Below, piece after piece: positions 1 through 8,595 of a DNA stretch of 46,754 nucleotides. The stretch's first letter is position 1. Every line of letters starts with the position of its first letter. The translations under genes were made by a program, and so were the position numbers. The notes under the pieces are model-generated. The model saw only the letters and a program-made list of their open reading frames with translations. It was not told the DNA's origin and did not search any database. Source of the stretch: a virus (lineage: Duplodnaviria > Caudoviricetes); IMG/VR virus record IMGVR_UViG_3300020044_009410, positions 1-46,754 of that record; one strand, given 5' to 3'.

Positions 1-734
1 GTTAATGTCAAAAATTACTTTGGGGGTATGGGGTGGTATATCCACCACTCACACTCCAAATCCCCCCCCCCTACCTTCTCCTCTGCTAAACCCCACCAAA
101 TGGGCGATTACGATTAAATAGCGAGCAATCCTCTCTAAACGCGTTTAAACACTATTATCTGTAAGATACGCACACCCTACCCTTACCATTGACCACCCAC
201 TGAAAACTCAACCACGGGGCTATACGCAAGCCTAGTTATTAACCAACACTAATTAATGCACAGCAAATATACAATAGTGTTGCGAGAATACAACACTATG
301 CCTCGACACAATAAATAATGCAGTAGTTAATACAGCGTAGATATACACACTAATATATATAGTTGATGCAATGCGTAATAATGATTGCACTAATATATAT
401 AGTGTATGTTGATTGATAGCGTTGTTGTGAGTGAATGCGAGTGATGCGATTGTTGATGTGGTATGTGGTATGTAGTATGTGGTTGTGAGTGCAGTGATTG
501 ATGCAGTGCTCGATATGAATAGTAGTGTGCGTTAACCACACACTATATATATAGTTACTCTAGTCTAAACTTCTTCTTCATGCGCTTGAGCACTGTGATG
601 TTAAGATTGTGGTCATCGATACGTTTGTTAATGCGTGCAATGTCTCGTAGCGTCGCACAACGCTGCTTGCAATAGATCAAATCGCTGTATTTAGTAGCTA
701 CATCATCGAGAAGATTGAGAGAATGTAGTGAGAA
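1..734 (+). repeat. Left inverted terminal repeat (734 bp)
   Basis: Reverse complement of 46021..46754; ends and spot checks match, ORF 350..541(-) equals 46214..46405(+); identity stops at 735/46020. Confidence 0.95.
456..483 (+). repeat. 4 x 7-bp tandem repeat (atgtggt) in a GT-rich low-complexity tract
   Basis: atgtggt atgtggt atgtagt atgtggt. Confidence 0.85.
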
Positions 735-932
735 TATATACACTACGCAAGAAAACTTAGCTTTATTTCTCACAATTTTCCTCAAATCCCCTTCAATTCC
801 CACGAATCTCGCAATTTCCGCATCAGAATATTTAGACTGTAGTATGCGCAACATAGACACTATGCGCATTTGAGAGTTATTCAGCATTGATTCATTTAGT
901 TGATCAAGTGTATTAATTTGCTGTTTAGCCAT
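555..932 (-). CDS. Putative HTH DNA-binding protein (candidate repressor)
   Basis: GGAG RBS; YSDAEIARFVGI resembles an XRE/Cro HTH; divergent from the early promoters. Confidence 0.55.
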   Translation of the reverse strand: MAKQQINTLDQLNESMLNNSQMRIVSMLRILQSKYSDAEIARFVGIEGDLRKIVRNKAKFSCVVYIFSLHSLNLLDDVATKYSDLIYCKQRCATLRDIARINKRIDDHNLNITVLKRMKKKFRLE

Positions 933-1024
933 AGCTTCGCTCCATTTCTGTCTTAATAAAACAACACAACAAAATTAAATCATATATTAGTGATAAATAC
1001 AACACTATTTTATTGATATAGATA

Positions 1025-1053
1025 TTGACAATGTCATCGTGATGACATATACT
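1025..1053 (+). promoter_or_regulatory. Sigma70 early promoter P1 with palindromic operator in the spacer
   Basis: TTGACA-N17-TATACT; atgtcatc-gt-gatgacat at 1031..1048. Confidence 0.85.
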
Positions 1054-1109
1054 TTAATTACAGTAGTTAAACAGATTGATTAACACAACAGTAGTTACCT
1101 GGAGCTAAC

Positions 1110-1196
1110 ATGATTGAATTACGCGACAACATAGCACTAATGATTTTATTTGTAGTGCTAACATCAGCAGTATTAACTCTAATCGTTACATATTAA
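1110..1196 (+). CDS. 28-aa hydrophobic single-TM peptide (not in ORF track)
   Basis: GGAG RBS at 1101; MIELRDNIALMILFVVLTSAVLTLIVTY; first ORF after P1. Confidence 0.65.
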   Translation: MIELRDNIALMILFVVLTSAVLTLIVTY

Positions 1197-1241
1197 ACAA
1201 CACATTATCAAAAATACAACACAACAGACATGTAAATAATA

Positions 1242-1270
1242 TTGACAATGGCATCACGATGACATACAAT
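1242..1270 (+). promoter_or_regulatory. Sigma70 early promoter P2 with the same operator
   Basis: TTGACA-N17-TACAAT; atggcatc-ac-gatgacat at 1248..1265. Confidence 0.85.
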
Positions 1271-1314
1271 ATAAATGTAGTAACAATAAACCAACTAATT
1301 TCAGGAGCAACAAG

Positions 1315-1611
1315 ATGCATAATAATTATTTAAAACTAATTAGCACAGTTGGTTTATCTGTTTTCATTAATGAATTAGAAAAATATGCAAAAGTAAAAGT
1401 TTGGTTTGGAAAGCGTGGAGACGGGGCGTGGGAATGTTGGCTGGCTTCAGCAAATACTGGCGGACAAATTAAAAAACTTGGCACTAAGTCAGTGACACAA
1501 GAATGGATGTCTGAATCTAGCGACGATGATATTGAATTCGCAAGAGAAGCATTAGCTTTGTTTTCAATAGAATTTGAAATTAACAAACAGGAGCAAACAA
1601 AATGGAATTAA
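1315..1611 (+). CDS. Hypothetical early protein
   Basis: AGGAG RBS, 98 aa, downstream of P2. Confidence 0.75.
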   Translation: MHNNYLKLISTVGLSVFINELEKYAKVKVWFGKRGDGAWECWLASANTGGQIKKLGTKSVTQEWMSESSDDDIEFAREALALFSIEFEINKQEQTKWN

Positions 1612-1856
1612 CAAATAATCAAAAAGTTTATTGCGTATTAAGACGCGTTAGCAATAGCGGGATGTCAAGAAATATAAGTTTTTTTGTGATGGATGACGAT
1701 TGGTTCCGCTGCATTGACTACATGTTCAAAGACATATTTAGATTAACTAAGGACGGCTATGTGCAAGTGCGTGGCTGCGGAATGGATATGGGATTTCATG
1801 CGGTTAGCACTCTAGCATCAAAGTTAAACATCAATTTAAAATATGAATGGGTTTAA
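1602..1856 (+). CDS. Conserved-looking phage hypothetical protein
   Basis: AGGAG RBS; VSNSGMSR and GCGMDMGFH motifs recalled from other phage proteins. Confidence 0.75.
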   Translation: MELTNNQKVYCVLRRVSNSGMSRNISFFVMDDDWFRCIDYMFKDIFRLTKDGYVQVRGCGMDMGFHAVSTLASKLNINLKYEWV

Positions 1857-2145
1857 CATGAGCACTTATATTCTTCAACTCGTCATACATCACAATGATG
1901 ACGAAAAAGTATTCGATTTAATACCGTCTGAATTTAGATCACTAGAATATCTGCATGGGTTCATAGATGCGATGGGGTTTGGAAGACTTAGGCTAACTAG
2001 CATTGATGATTTTGTAGATGCTGTAAATAAAAGAAGCACAACAATAGATAAATCAAAATTTAAAGTTGTTTCAGTTATTCATGGCGAAATAAAGGAATAT
2101 TCAGTTTCAACTGAAGATAATGATTTTTTGAATAGCTACAGATAG
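1843..2145 (+). CDS. Hypothetical protein (start may be 1858)
   Basis: Fits operon packing. Confidence 0.65.
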   Translation: MNGFNMSTYILQLVIHHNDDEKVFDLIPSEFRSLEYLHGFIDAMGFGRLRLTSIDDFVDAVNKRSTTIDKSKFKVVSVIHGEIKEYSVSTEDNDFLNSYR

Positions 2146-2193
2146 CTGAAAACCGATCTTGCCAGAACAAAACTTACAAAAAAGGATGAAATA

Positions 2194-2445
2194 ATGAAAA
2201 ACTACGAACTAGCACTAAAATCAAAAAAAATAAGAGCAGATCATTTGGATGGGCTTAACGCAAGGTTTTTAACAAATACTTATCGAGTGATCGGTGAATG
2301 AGTTGACATCTTGGGACTAAAATGCTTAATAGCTCAAAAAGGCACAGAAACTCCAATTGTTTTCCAATTTGTAGACGATTATCATGTTTATGCAAGCATG
2401 CCAAACAGACCCCTTTTAAACATAAAATCAGTCGAGGAGGAATAA
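2194..2445 (+). pseudogene. 83-codon frame interrupted by one in-frame TGA (2299..2301)
   Basis: AAGGA RBS; frame stays open 47 codons past the TGA and ends 2 nt before the next ATG. Confidence 0.55.
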
Positions 2446-2447
2446 AT

Positions 2448-2684
2448 ATGAGAATGCTACCAATTTCATTACAAATACAAACAAAAGAGGAAGCAGCTAA
2501 AAAGTCAATCGCTCGAAAACAAGTAAGTAAACACACAACAGATTATTTTTTTAGTGATGGTTCAAAAATAAGAATATATTTTAGGCACTTCTTAAAAAGA
2601 GCTTTGACGATTGAATGGCAAAAAGCTTCATATGGAACATTTATGCTACACAAAAAACAAAACGGCTTTAGATCATGGAAATAA
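2448..2684 (+). CDS. Hypothetical basic protein
   Basis: GAGGAG RBS before ATG 2448, preferred over 2322. Confidence 0.7.
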   Translation: MRMLPISLQIQTKEEAAKKSIARKQVSKHTTDYFFSDGSKIRIYFRHFLKRALTIEWQKASYGTFMLHKKQNGFRSWK

Positions 2685-2699
2685 GAAAGGGGCATTAAC

Positions 2700-3038
2700 A
2701 TGGGATTAGACATTAAAATCACGGCTCAAGTAGAGCTTGAAGAAAACATAGTAAAAGATTTACTAAAAAAACATAACATTTTTTTTAATAAAATACAAAC
2801 TAATGTAGCCAACTTAAGAAATGATTACAATCTGCATAATACAATTTGCACTCATGAAAACGTTGAAGAAACAGCAAATAATCAAATAGAATTTGATGAT
2901 TTTGTGCTTTATCTAGAAGATGCAATCGTTTCTTCTAATGAAGTCAGCGAGAAAGATTTGTACAAAAAAATACTAGATAAATTAAACTCAATGCAAAGCG
3001 AGTTTGGGTATGTTGATGTTTTCTATAGGTTTTATTAA
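2700..3038 (+). CDS. Hypothetical protein
   Basis: RBS AAGGGG, 112 aa, MGLDI start common in phage proteins. Confidence 0.75.
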   Translation: MGLDIKITAQVELEENIVKDLLKKHNIFFNKIQTNVANLRNDYNLHNTICTHENVEETANNQIEFDDFVLYLEDAIVSSNEVSEKDLYKKILDKLNSMQSEFGYVDVFYRFY

Positions 3039-3050
3039 AAAAGGTGCTAT

Positions 3051-3200
3051 ATGAAATACCAAATTATTAGACACTCAACTAGTGGCGAATATTTGTTAAA
3101 AACTTTTGAAGACGCAGAGCAAGCACTCAAATATCTAAAACAGCTTTCATTCGCAAGCAAATATTTTCACACAATGAGAGAGATTCGCGATGATAAATAA
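3051..3200 (+). CDS. Hypothetical 49-aa protein (not in ORF track)
   Basis: AAGGTG RBS; MKYQIIRHSTSGEYLLKTF...; fills the gap. Confidence 0.6.
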   Translation: MKYQIIRHSTSGEYLLKTFEDAEQALKYLKQLSFASKYFHTMREIRDDK

Positions 3201-3510
3201 TCAAATTGATTACCATAATCACAAACTAAGCGAGCATGACACAGAGCTAGACTACGACTATGAAACACAAAACGAAATAGACAAGCTATATAAACATTTG
3301 TCGAGAACTAAATACGATAAAGACAAGCCAGAAAACATACAACGCGCTTTAGAGTTGATGAGCGATTCATACGCTGAAGTTATTGTAGAAAATCGCAAAA
3401 ACGGGATGTATGAGCAATGCGCGCATTTATTCTTTGAATTCATCGACCAAACTTTACAAGAGTTAGCGTATGAAGAAGCGGAAATCGAAATATTAAGCGA
3501 GAAAACATGA
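3190..3510 (+). CDS. Hypothetical acidic protein
   Basis: 106 aa, ATGA overlap with next gene. Confidence 0.7.
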   Translation: MINNQIDYHNHKLSEHDTELDYDYETQNEIDKLYKHLSRTKYDKDKPENIQRALELMSDSYAEVIVENRKNGMYEQCAHLFFEFIDQTLQELAYEEAEIEILSEKT

Positions 3511-3725
3511 ACCAAAAAGAATTTGATAGGCACTTCATCAGCGCAAGCGAACTAATGAAACGCGCGAAAATAACAGCAAAACGATTACAGCGGCTTAGAG
3601 AGGCAGGACGCTTGCCAGAGGGTTTGCTATGTAATGGCAGACATCTATGGCTTAGAAAGCCAATAGAACAATTTATAGAACAATGGTTGCATCGTGAAAA
3701 GACAATACGCGCGCTTACGAAGTGA
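3507..3725 (+). CDS. AlpA/excisionase-like winged HTH protein
   Basis: ISASELMKRAKIT...REAGRLP...RHLWLRKPIEQF pattern. Confidence 0.65.
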   Translation: MNQKEFDRHFISASELMKRAKITAKRLQRLREAGRLPEGLLCNGRHLWLRKPIEQFIEQWLHREKTIRALTK

Positions 3726-3942
3726 ACCGCCCGAATTTCACTGTTTAACAGACCATCAAAAAAATTTGATATATGAAACATCTAAAATTCATGAGAATTA
3801 TGGTAGGTTAAAAGCGATATTTTGGCTATATACAAAGATGAACTACGTTAACAATGGAAGAGAGCGTGAAGCGTTTCAGGACGGGATGCGCGCATATTTC
3901 AAATGGCATGGGATAAAGGGTTTTTATGAAATCGAAAGATGA
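3694..3942 (+). CDS. Hypothetical protein
   Basis: 82 aa, operon packing. Confidence 0.55.
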   Translation: MKRQYARLRSEPPEFHCLTDHQKNLIYETSKIHENYGRLKAIFWLYTKMNYVNNGREREAFQDGMRAYFKWHGIKGFYEIER

Positions 3943-4183
3943 CGAAGGGGTAAGCATAAAAACATTCAGAGCATCAATAACTCTGCTATTTGAAGCAATG
4001 ATAAGCATCGGTATCAATGCAAATATACTTGTTTTAATTCATGAAGAAGTATTAAAAGTAATTTTTGACCTCGCAGAAGTCCATTGCCTAGGTAACGACA
4101 AAAAGACAGCGGAACTTCTTGGTTTAAGTAAGCAGGCATATCTGCAACTGCGTGCAGAAATGAAAATAGACCGCAAAATTTAG
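3926..4183 (+). CDS. Divergent Fis-like protein
   Basis: EEVLKVIFDLAEVHCLGNDKKTAELLGLS aligns gaplessly with Fis [29 protein letters not shown]. Confidence 0.65.
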   Translation: MKSKDDEGVSIKTFRASITLLFEAMISIGINANILVLIHEEVLKVIFDLAEVHCLGNDKKTAELLGLSKQAYLQLRAEMKIDRKI

Positions 4184-4191
4184 GAGCTAAC

Positions 4192-4416
4192 ATGATAAGC
4201 AACCATTTAATTAAATTTTCAATTTTAAATTTTAAAATAGCGCGTGAATCTATCAACAAAGATGAGTTTGATCTTTACGCCGTCGGTTTGTTTGACGGTA
4301 TGCTTGCAGAGTTCTACATGGATGGTGATATGGTTTTTGTACGGGACTATGAACATTTTATTAAAACTAACCCACCACAGTTTTTTTGTGTCCTCAGAAA
4401 GGAAAAACAATCATGA
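4192..4416 (+). CDS. Hypothetical protein
   Basis: AGGAG RBS, 74 aa. Confidence 0.7.
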   Translation: MISNHLIKFSILNFKIARESINKDEFDLYAVGLFDGMLAEFYMDGDMVFVRDYEHFIKTNPPQFFCVLRKEKQS

Positions 4417-4637
4417 GCATTTATGACCAATTGTCACTATATATCACAGAGCAGGAATGCAAAGAGCTTTCACTAGCTGTAAGCTTCGCAGAATCAAATA
4501 CAAATGATGAAAACCTAAAAAAAATAGGAATTATCATCACAAGACACCAAGCGAAAGCAACACAAAGAAAGCATGAGCGTCAACAAGAAATTTTAGACAT
4601 CGCCTTGTCTGAAGCAGAAGCGGAATGGAGGAACTAG
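4413..4637 (+). CDS. Hypothetical protein
   Basis: AAGGA RBS, ATGA overlap. Confidence 0.7.
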   Translation: MSIYDQLSLYITEQECKELSLAVSFAESNTNDENLKKIGIIITRHQAKATQRKHERQQEILDIALSEAEAEWRN

Positions 4638-4838
4638 ATGCAAACCCACGATGAATACATGCGTGATTGTGAAATACACTATTTTGCATTAATGCTAATG
4701 AAATACCAAAATGACCCAGGAGGAATCACACAACTTGTAAAAGAAGCGGGGATGACCAGGGCAACTTATTATCTACGTTTTAATAAAGTTAAAGATGAAG
4801 TACACGCTTTAATCCGTGATAGAGCAAGAAAACAATAG
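4638..4838 (+). CDS. Small HTH protein resembling the Fis/NtrC C-terminal HTH
   Basis: GGAGG RBS; CEIHYFALML...GGITQLVKEAGMTRATYYLRF. Confidence 0.5.
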   Translation: MQTHDEYMRDCEIHYFALMLMKYQNDPGGITQLVKEAGMTRATYYLRFNKVKDEVHALIRDRARKQ

Positions 4839-4844
4839 GTTTAG

Positions 4845-5144
4845 GTGATTGATATGCCAGAATTTGAATTTTACAAACGGTTTATTATTGACGAAATCAG
4901 AAAAACAACAGTGCATAAAAATAAACTCAAAAAAGAGTTGGCGAATATGCAAGAAACTGGCAGTATAAGTGAACTAGCAATTGAAATGCACAATAAAACG
5001 CTTAAAAAGAATCGACCGATATTTCAGTCATCACTGAAAAAAATCGATGAACTAAGAAAACAAAACAAGCAACTAATGAGAGTTGTATCAGACTTAAAGA
5101 TACAGCTAAGAAGTATGAACCAAAGCGAAAAGGAAGCAAAATGA
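4845..5144 (+). CDS. Hypothetical coiled-coil protein
   Basis: 99 aa, K/E/L heptad character. Confidence 0.65.
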   Translation: MIDMPEFEFYKRFIIDEIRKTTVHKNKLKKELANMQETGSISELAIEMHNKTLKKNRPIFQSSLKKIDELRKQNKQLMRVVSDLKIQLRSMNQSEKEAK

Positions 5145-5599
5145 CTAGATTTAGAGCGGTTGACATTAAAAATGGAGTATTGGAGGTTGGCGATATTATT
5201 TTTGAATATACAGATGAAGGCATAGCCAGGGAAGATAAGACAATAATTGCAATAAAGCGCTCCATACATGCAGGCGTTGAGGTTGTTTACTTTGGCGAAA
5301 ATGCTGGATTTATGATTGCCCAATTTGAAGATTTAAGACATTGGAAAAAGAAAATCCCAATTGAGCAAATCCCATTTGATTTAGAACTATTCCGAACTGG
5401 CAAATATGATGTTGAAATACGAGAAGGAAACCGTGTAGAAATATTTGTGCCAGAATTTGCTATAAGAATGGGCAATATATATCCTGTGCATGTAACAACA
5501 CCAAATGAAGGATATTTTTTTTGCTCAGCAAATGGCAAGTATAGCATTGGTTCTGATAGCGAATTAGACTTATTTTTAGTTGAAAAGGAAGCAAAATGA
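5141..5599 (+). CDS. Hypothetical protein, paralogue A1
   Basis: Shares MTRF start and KIPIExIPFDLELF with next gene. Confidence 0.8.
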   Translation: MTRFRAVDIKNGVLEVGDIIFEYTDEGIAREDKTIIAIKRSIHAGVEVVYFGENAGFMIAQFEDLRHWKKKIPIEQIPFDLELFRTGKYDVEIREGNRVEIFVPEFAIRMGNIYPVHVTTPNEGYFFCSANGKYSIGSDSELDLFLVEKEAK

Positions 5600-6066
5600 C
5601 TAGATTTAAACTTGTGGAAATAACTGAAGACAACCTCAAAGTGGGAAGCATATTTGTTAACCCAAAGACTGGCAAAGAGTATGAAATTATTGCGGTCAAA
5701 GATAGTGAGACATACGGGACAGAAGTAGTTTATTACAATAAAAAGTGTGGGTTTTACTGTAAAGAACTCAATGAGTTTACCGACTACAAGGGTGAGAATT
5801 ATCATTGTAGGTTGAAAATCCCAATTGAGCGAATTCCTTTTGATTTAGAACTATTCAAGACATGCAATTATGATGTTATGAGTAGAGCAGGGGAATCTAT
5901 GGAGGTATTCTTATCTCTTGTCAAATTAAATCTGGGGCATGCCTTTCCCATAATCGGTATAAACGAAACGGGAATGCGAAATGAATACACGGTGCATGGA
6001 AAAATAGAAAAACTTCGTTTTATTGGAAAAGATGAGGACGATTTATTCTTAATTGAAAAGGAATGA
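5596..6066 (+). CDS. Hypothetical protein, paralogue A2
   Basis: Shares MTRF start, KIPIExIPFDLELF and DLFLxEKE end with previous gene. Confidence 0.8.
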   Translation: MTRFKLVEITEDNLKVGSIFVNPKTGKEYEIIAVKDSETYGTEVVYYNKKCGFYCKELNEFTDYKGENYHCRLKIPIERIPFDLELFKTCNYDVMSRAGESMEVFLSLVKLNLGHAFPIIGINETGMRNEYTVHGKIEKLRFIGKDEDDLFLIEKE

Positions 6067-6329
6067 AGATGAGTGAATTAAACTATGTAGACGCATACAA
6101 CACATGTGTAGAACAATTAATTGAAGAACTTGATTTAAAAACAAACATGGAGCATTTTAAACATTGTTTTAGAAATCTTAGCGGACACGACATCGAGACT
6201 TTATTTAAAACAAAAAGTGTTTATGGGTTTTTTAACTTTTTCAATGAAGCACTTAAGCGAGAATCAAAAGACCGCATACAACGCCTTGCAGAAATTAACG
6301 CACATGCACTAATGGCAGAGTTATCATGA
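6063..6329 (+). CDS. Hypothetical protein, paralogue B1
   Basis: TCVEQL-DLKTN-HCFRNLS-ALMAELS shared with next gene. Confidence 0.8.
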   Translation: MKMSELNYVDAYNTCVEQLIEELDLKTNMEHFKHCFRNLSGHDIETLFKTKSVYGFFNFFNEALKRESKDRIQRLAEINAHALMAELS

Positions 6330-6586
6330 ACAAACCAAACTATGATAATTTGTACACAACATGCGTAGAACAATTAAGAGAAGAAGTTGATTTAAAAACA
6401 AATTTAAATCATTACACGCATTGTTTTAGAAATCTCAGTGAAGAATATATTGCGCGTTTATTTGAAAAAAGAAATGCTGAACTTTTTTATTCACTTTTAA
6501 ATGATTTTTTAACGATAGAATCAGAAAATCGCATACAACATCTTGCTGCAATGAAATTAAAAGCACTAATGGCAGAGCTATCATGA
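6326..6586 (+). CDS. Hypothetical protein, paralogue B2
   Basis: Same motifs as 6063..6329. Confidence 0.8.
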   Translation: MNKPNYDNLYTTCVEQLREEVDLKTNLNHYTHCFRNLSEEYIARLFEKRNAELFYSLLNDFLTIESENRIQHLAAMKLKALMAELS

Positions 6587-6663
6587 GCGCGGGCGACTTC
6601 GCATTGTTAGTGTGTCTATTTGTGTTTACCACAGTCCTGACGGTTATGATTTTTAATTATTGA
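6583..6663 (+). CDS. 26-aa hydrophobic peptide (not in ORF track)
   Basis: ATGA overlap; MSAGDFALLVCLFVFTTVLTVMIFNY. Confidence 0.55.
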   Translation: MSAGDFALLVCLFVFTTVLTVMIFNY

Positions 6664-6672
6664 GGTTTTCGT

Positions 6673-6951
6673 ATGGACACGCTAGCCAATGATATCATCT
6701 GTACTTTTTTTAAAGACAATGTTGTAAAAATTGAAATTACGTCATATCGAGCATTGCGATTTTTTGAAGATATTGTAGAAATAAAACCTATAGTTGGGTT
6801 CTTTATTGTTAAAGAAGAAAATCTAGCCGAATTTATGGATTTAATCGAAGGGCTACGCGTTTTGAGAACGGTTGGTGTTGTTGATATGCAAGAACAAGAC
6901 GAATTAGCATCAAAAATAAAACAATTAATTTTGAAGGAGAGTAAAAAATGA
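6673..6951 (+). CDS. Hypothetical protein
   Basis: GAGG RBS, 92 aa. Confidence 0.7.
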   Translation: MDTLANDIICTFFKDNVVKIEITSYRALRFFEDIVEIKPIVGFFIVKEENLAEFMDLIEGLRVLRTVGVVDMQEQDELASKIKQLILKESKK

Positions 6952-7292
6952 GTAAATCAAAATACGAACAAGAAGCTAAGAGTTTAATTGAGGCTATGCT
7001 GAATTTTCAGACTGAAAAAATAAAAGAATCTGAAGAGCGGGTAAAAAAATTAGAAGGGGTGGCTGCGGCACAAAGAGAAAAGATTAAAGATTGGATTAAG
7101 AACGTACTCGATGTTCGAGAAAAGTTAGATAAAGCAGAAGAAAAAATAAAGTGTTTGGAAGAAACAATAAAACAAAAAGACAAACAAATTATAATGTTAC
7201 AAGAAACTATTACAAATTTATTAAAGGAAATTAACGTTATGAATACAGCAATTGATGAGCCGCATAGTTTACTATATAAAAAATTACGCTAA
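6948..7292 (+). CDS. Hypothetical coiled-coil protein
   Basis: AAGGAG RBS; long K/E-rich heptads. Confidence 0.75.
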   Translation: MSKSKYEQEAKSLIEAMLNFQTEKIKESEERVKKLEGVAAAQREKIKDWIKNVLDVREKLDKAEEKIKCLEETIKQKDKQIIMLQETITNLLKEINVMNTAIDEPHSLLYKKLR

Positions 7293-7317
7293 AACACTTA
7301 TTAGATTTTAAAAAAAT

Positions 7318-7770
7318 CTAGGTCTTGATTAATTTTTCACTCAAAAATAAATGCAATATTGCAAGTGCGTCAGCTTGGTTATCATCCAATACATTAAAGC
7401 CACGCCTTGCAGCCTCTTCTATCATATCCTCCTTTTTAGCATTTCCCGCACCAGTCCAAAACTTCTTGATTGTTCCAACCGCATATCCTTGCAACTCAAT
7501 TTTCTTATCCAAAGCCACTAACTGCAAAACCCCCTCAAACGCGCCATAGAGATGCGCCGCTGCACTAGATGAGTGGTTATATACCTTCTCATACAAAACA
7601 TGGTCTACGCCCTCAAAAAGCACCTCAAAATGGCTTTTAAATGTTGATAACCTCTTGCCAGGATGATCATTCTTTTTTGGCGTAGTATTCAGGGTAGAAA
7701 ATGATATCTTGCCATGATCATAAACGGCAATACCGCACTTAGTCCCAACATCAACAGAAATAATTTTCAT
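7318..7770 (-). CDS. ruvC: RuvC-like Holliday junction resolvase
   Basis: IISVDVG..CG, YEKV, IKKFWTGAGNAKKEDM, DDNQADALAI. Confidence 0.85.
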   Translation of the reverse strand: MKIISVDVGTKCGIAVYDHGKISFSTLNTTPKKNDHPGKRLSTFKSHFEVLFEGVDHVLYEKVYNHSSSAAAHLYGAFEGVLQLVALDKKIELQGYAVGTIKKFWTGAGNAKKEDMIEEAARRGFNVLDDNQADALAILHLFLSEKLIKT

Positions 7771-8561
7771 TTTAAATCCCCCATTTCAATGATAACCCCA
7801 TCATAACCTAAATCGCCATTATCTGCAAAAGCGTCGTAACGAGCCTGTGTTGAGTTTTTATTGCCAAATGTATGCCTATGTATATATTCAGCCCTAAAGC
7901 CCCTCCATTGACTCTCTATGACAATCCTAATGGCATCTTCGATTGATATGCCAGCCTTATTTTTTTCTGTAACAAGTAAATCCATAACTCTATGCGTCAA
8001 AGGAGGCTTAATCTTCATTGTTTTGATACGATGGTCAACATATTCCGTTGCAAGCGATTCTTCAACGCCGTAACTTTTAACAATTTCTATTTGTTCTTCA
8101 ATTTTTTTATCTGCAAAACTTTTTTTATCTTTTTTATATACTTCAGTATTAGTTATATATTCAGTATTAGTTATAAAGTCAGTATTAGTTATATCAGTCG
8201 ATTTTTCACTGGATGTATTTTTCATGGCATGTATTTTACGTGGCATGTATTTTTCATCCAGTGTATTTTCGACCGTACGAATTTTTGATTCACAAACAAT
8301 CATTTGTGATTTGATTGAGCCATACCCGCTAGAGTATTTAACAACCTGCACGTAACCAAGCGTTTTTAACTCATTTACCAACGCTTGCAAACGTTTTTCA
8401 CTGATACCAAACTGTGAACACATCTGAACTCTATTGAATTCCCAATTATCGGGCTTGGACAACATCCAGCAGAGCAAGCCAAGCGCGCCAAGACTAATTT
8501 GCTCATCTAAAATTTCTTGTGGTATTACTGTAAACTGTTGCTTTACTTTGCGTACTATCAT
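7767..8561 (-). CDS. Phage replication initiator (lambda O-like, N-terminal winged HTH)
   Basis: FTVIPQEIL...ISLGALGLLCWMLSKPDNWEF...VNELKTLGYV; internal iterons; QWRGF C-terminal motif. Confidence 0.8.
   Translation of the reverse strand: MIVRKVKQQFTVIPQEILDEQISLGALGLLCWMLSKPDNWEFNRVQMCSQFGISEKRLQALVNELKTLGYVQVVKYSSGYGSIKSQMIVCESKIRTVENTLDEKYMPRKIHAMKNTSSEKSTDITNTDFITNTEYITNTEVYKKDKKSFADKKIEEQIEIVKSYGVEESLATEYVDHRIKTMKIKPPLTHRVMDLLVTEKNKAGISIEDAIRIVIESQWRGFRAEYIHRHTFGNKNSTQARYDAFADNGDLGYDGVIIEMGDLK
8143..8276. repeat. Putative replication origin: two iteron arrays inside the initiator gene
   Basis: tcagtattagttata at 8143, 8161, 8179 (18-bp period); rtgtatttt units at 8213, 8229, 8245, 8261 (16-bp period); T-rich tract 8090-8140. 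Confidence 0.75.
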
Positions 8562-8595
8562 TTTTTTCTCCTAAAAAAATAAATTATATTTTGTT

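Noticed and set aside
350-541. 63-aa His/Thr/Ile-rich ORF (and its copy at 46214..46405)
   Set aside because: Translation of a low-complexity GT-rich tract; no RBS
76-734. Gin/Hin-type invertible segment aided by Fis
   Set aside because: Only 5 bp of inverted identity at the boundaries, no invertase, and the right copy continues into rc(1..80) rather than into 735+; kept only as a minor alternative
2322-2447. Long N-terminal extension of 2322..2684
   Set aside because: Strong RBS favours ATG 2448, and another frame fits this interval better
8143-8276. CRISPR-like array
   Set aside because: Repeats are 15-16 bp with 0-3 nt gaps inside a coding gene; no spacers or cas genes
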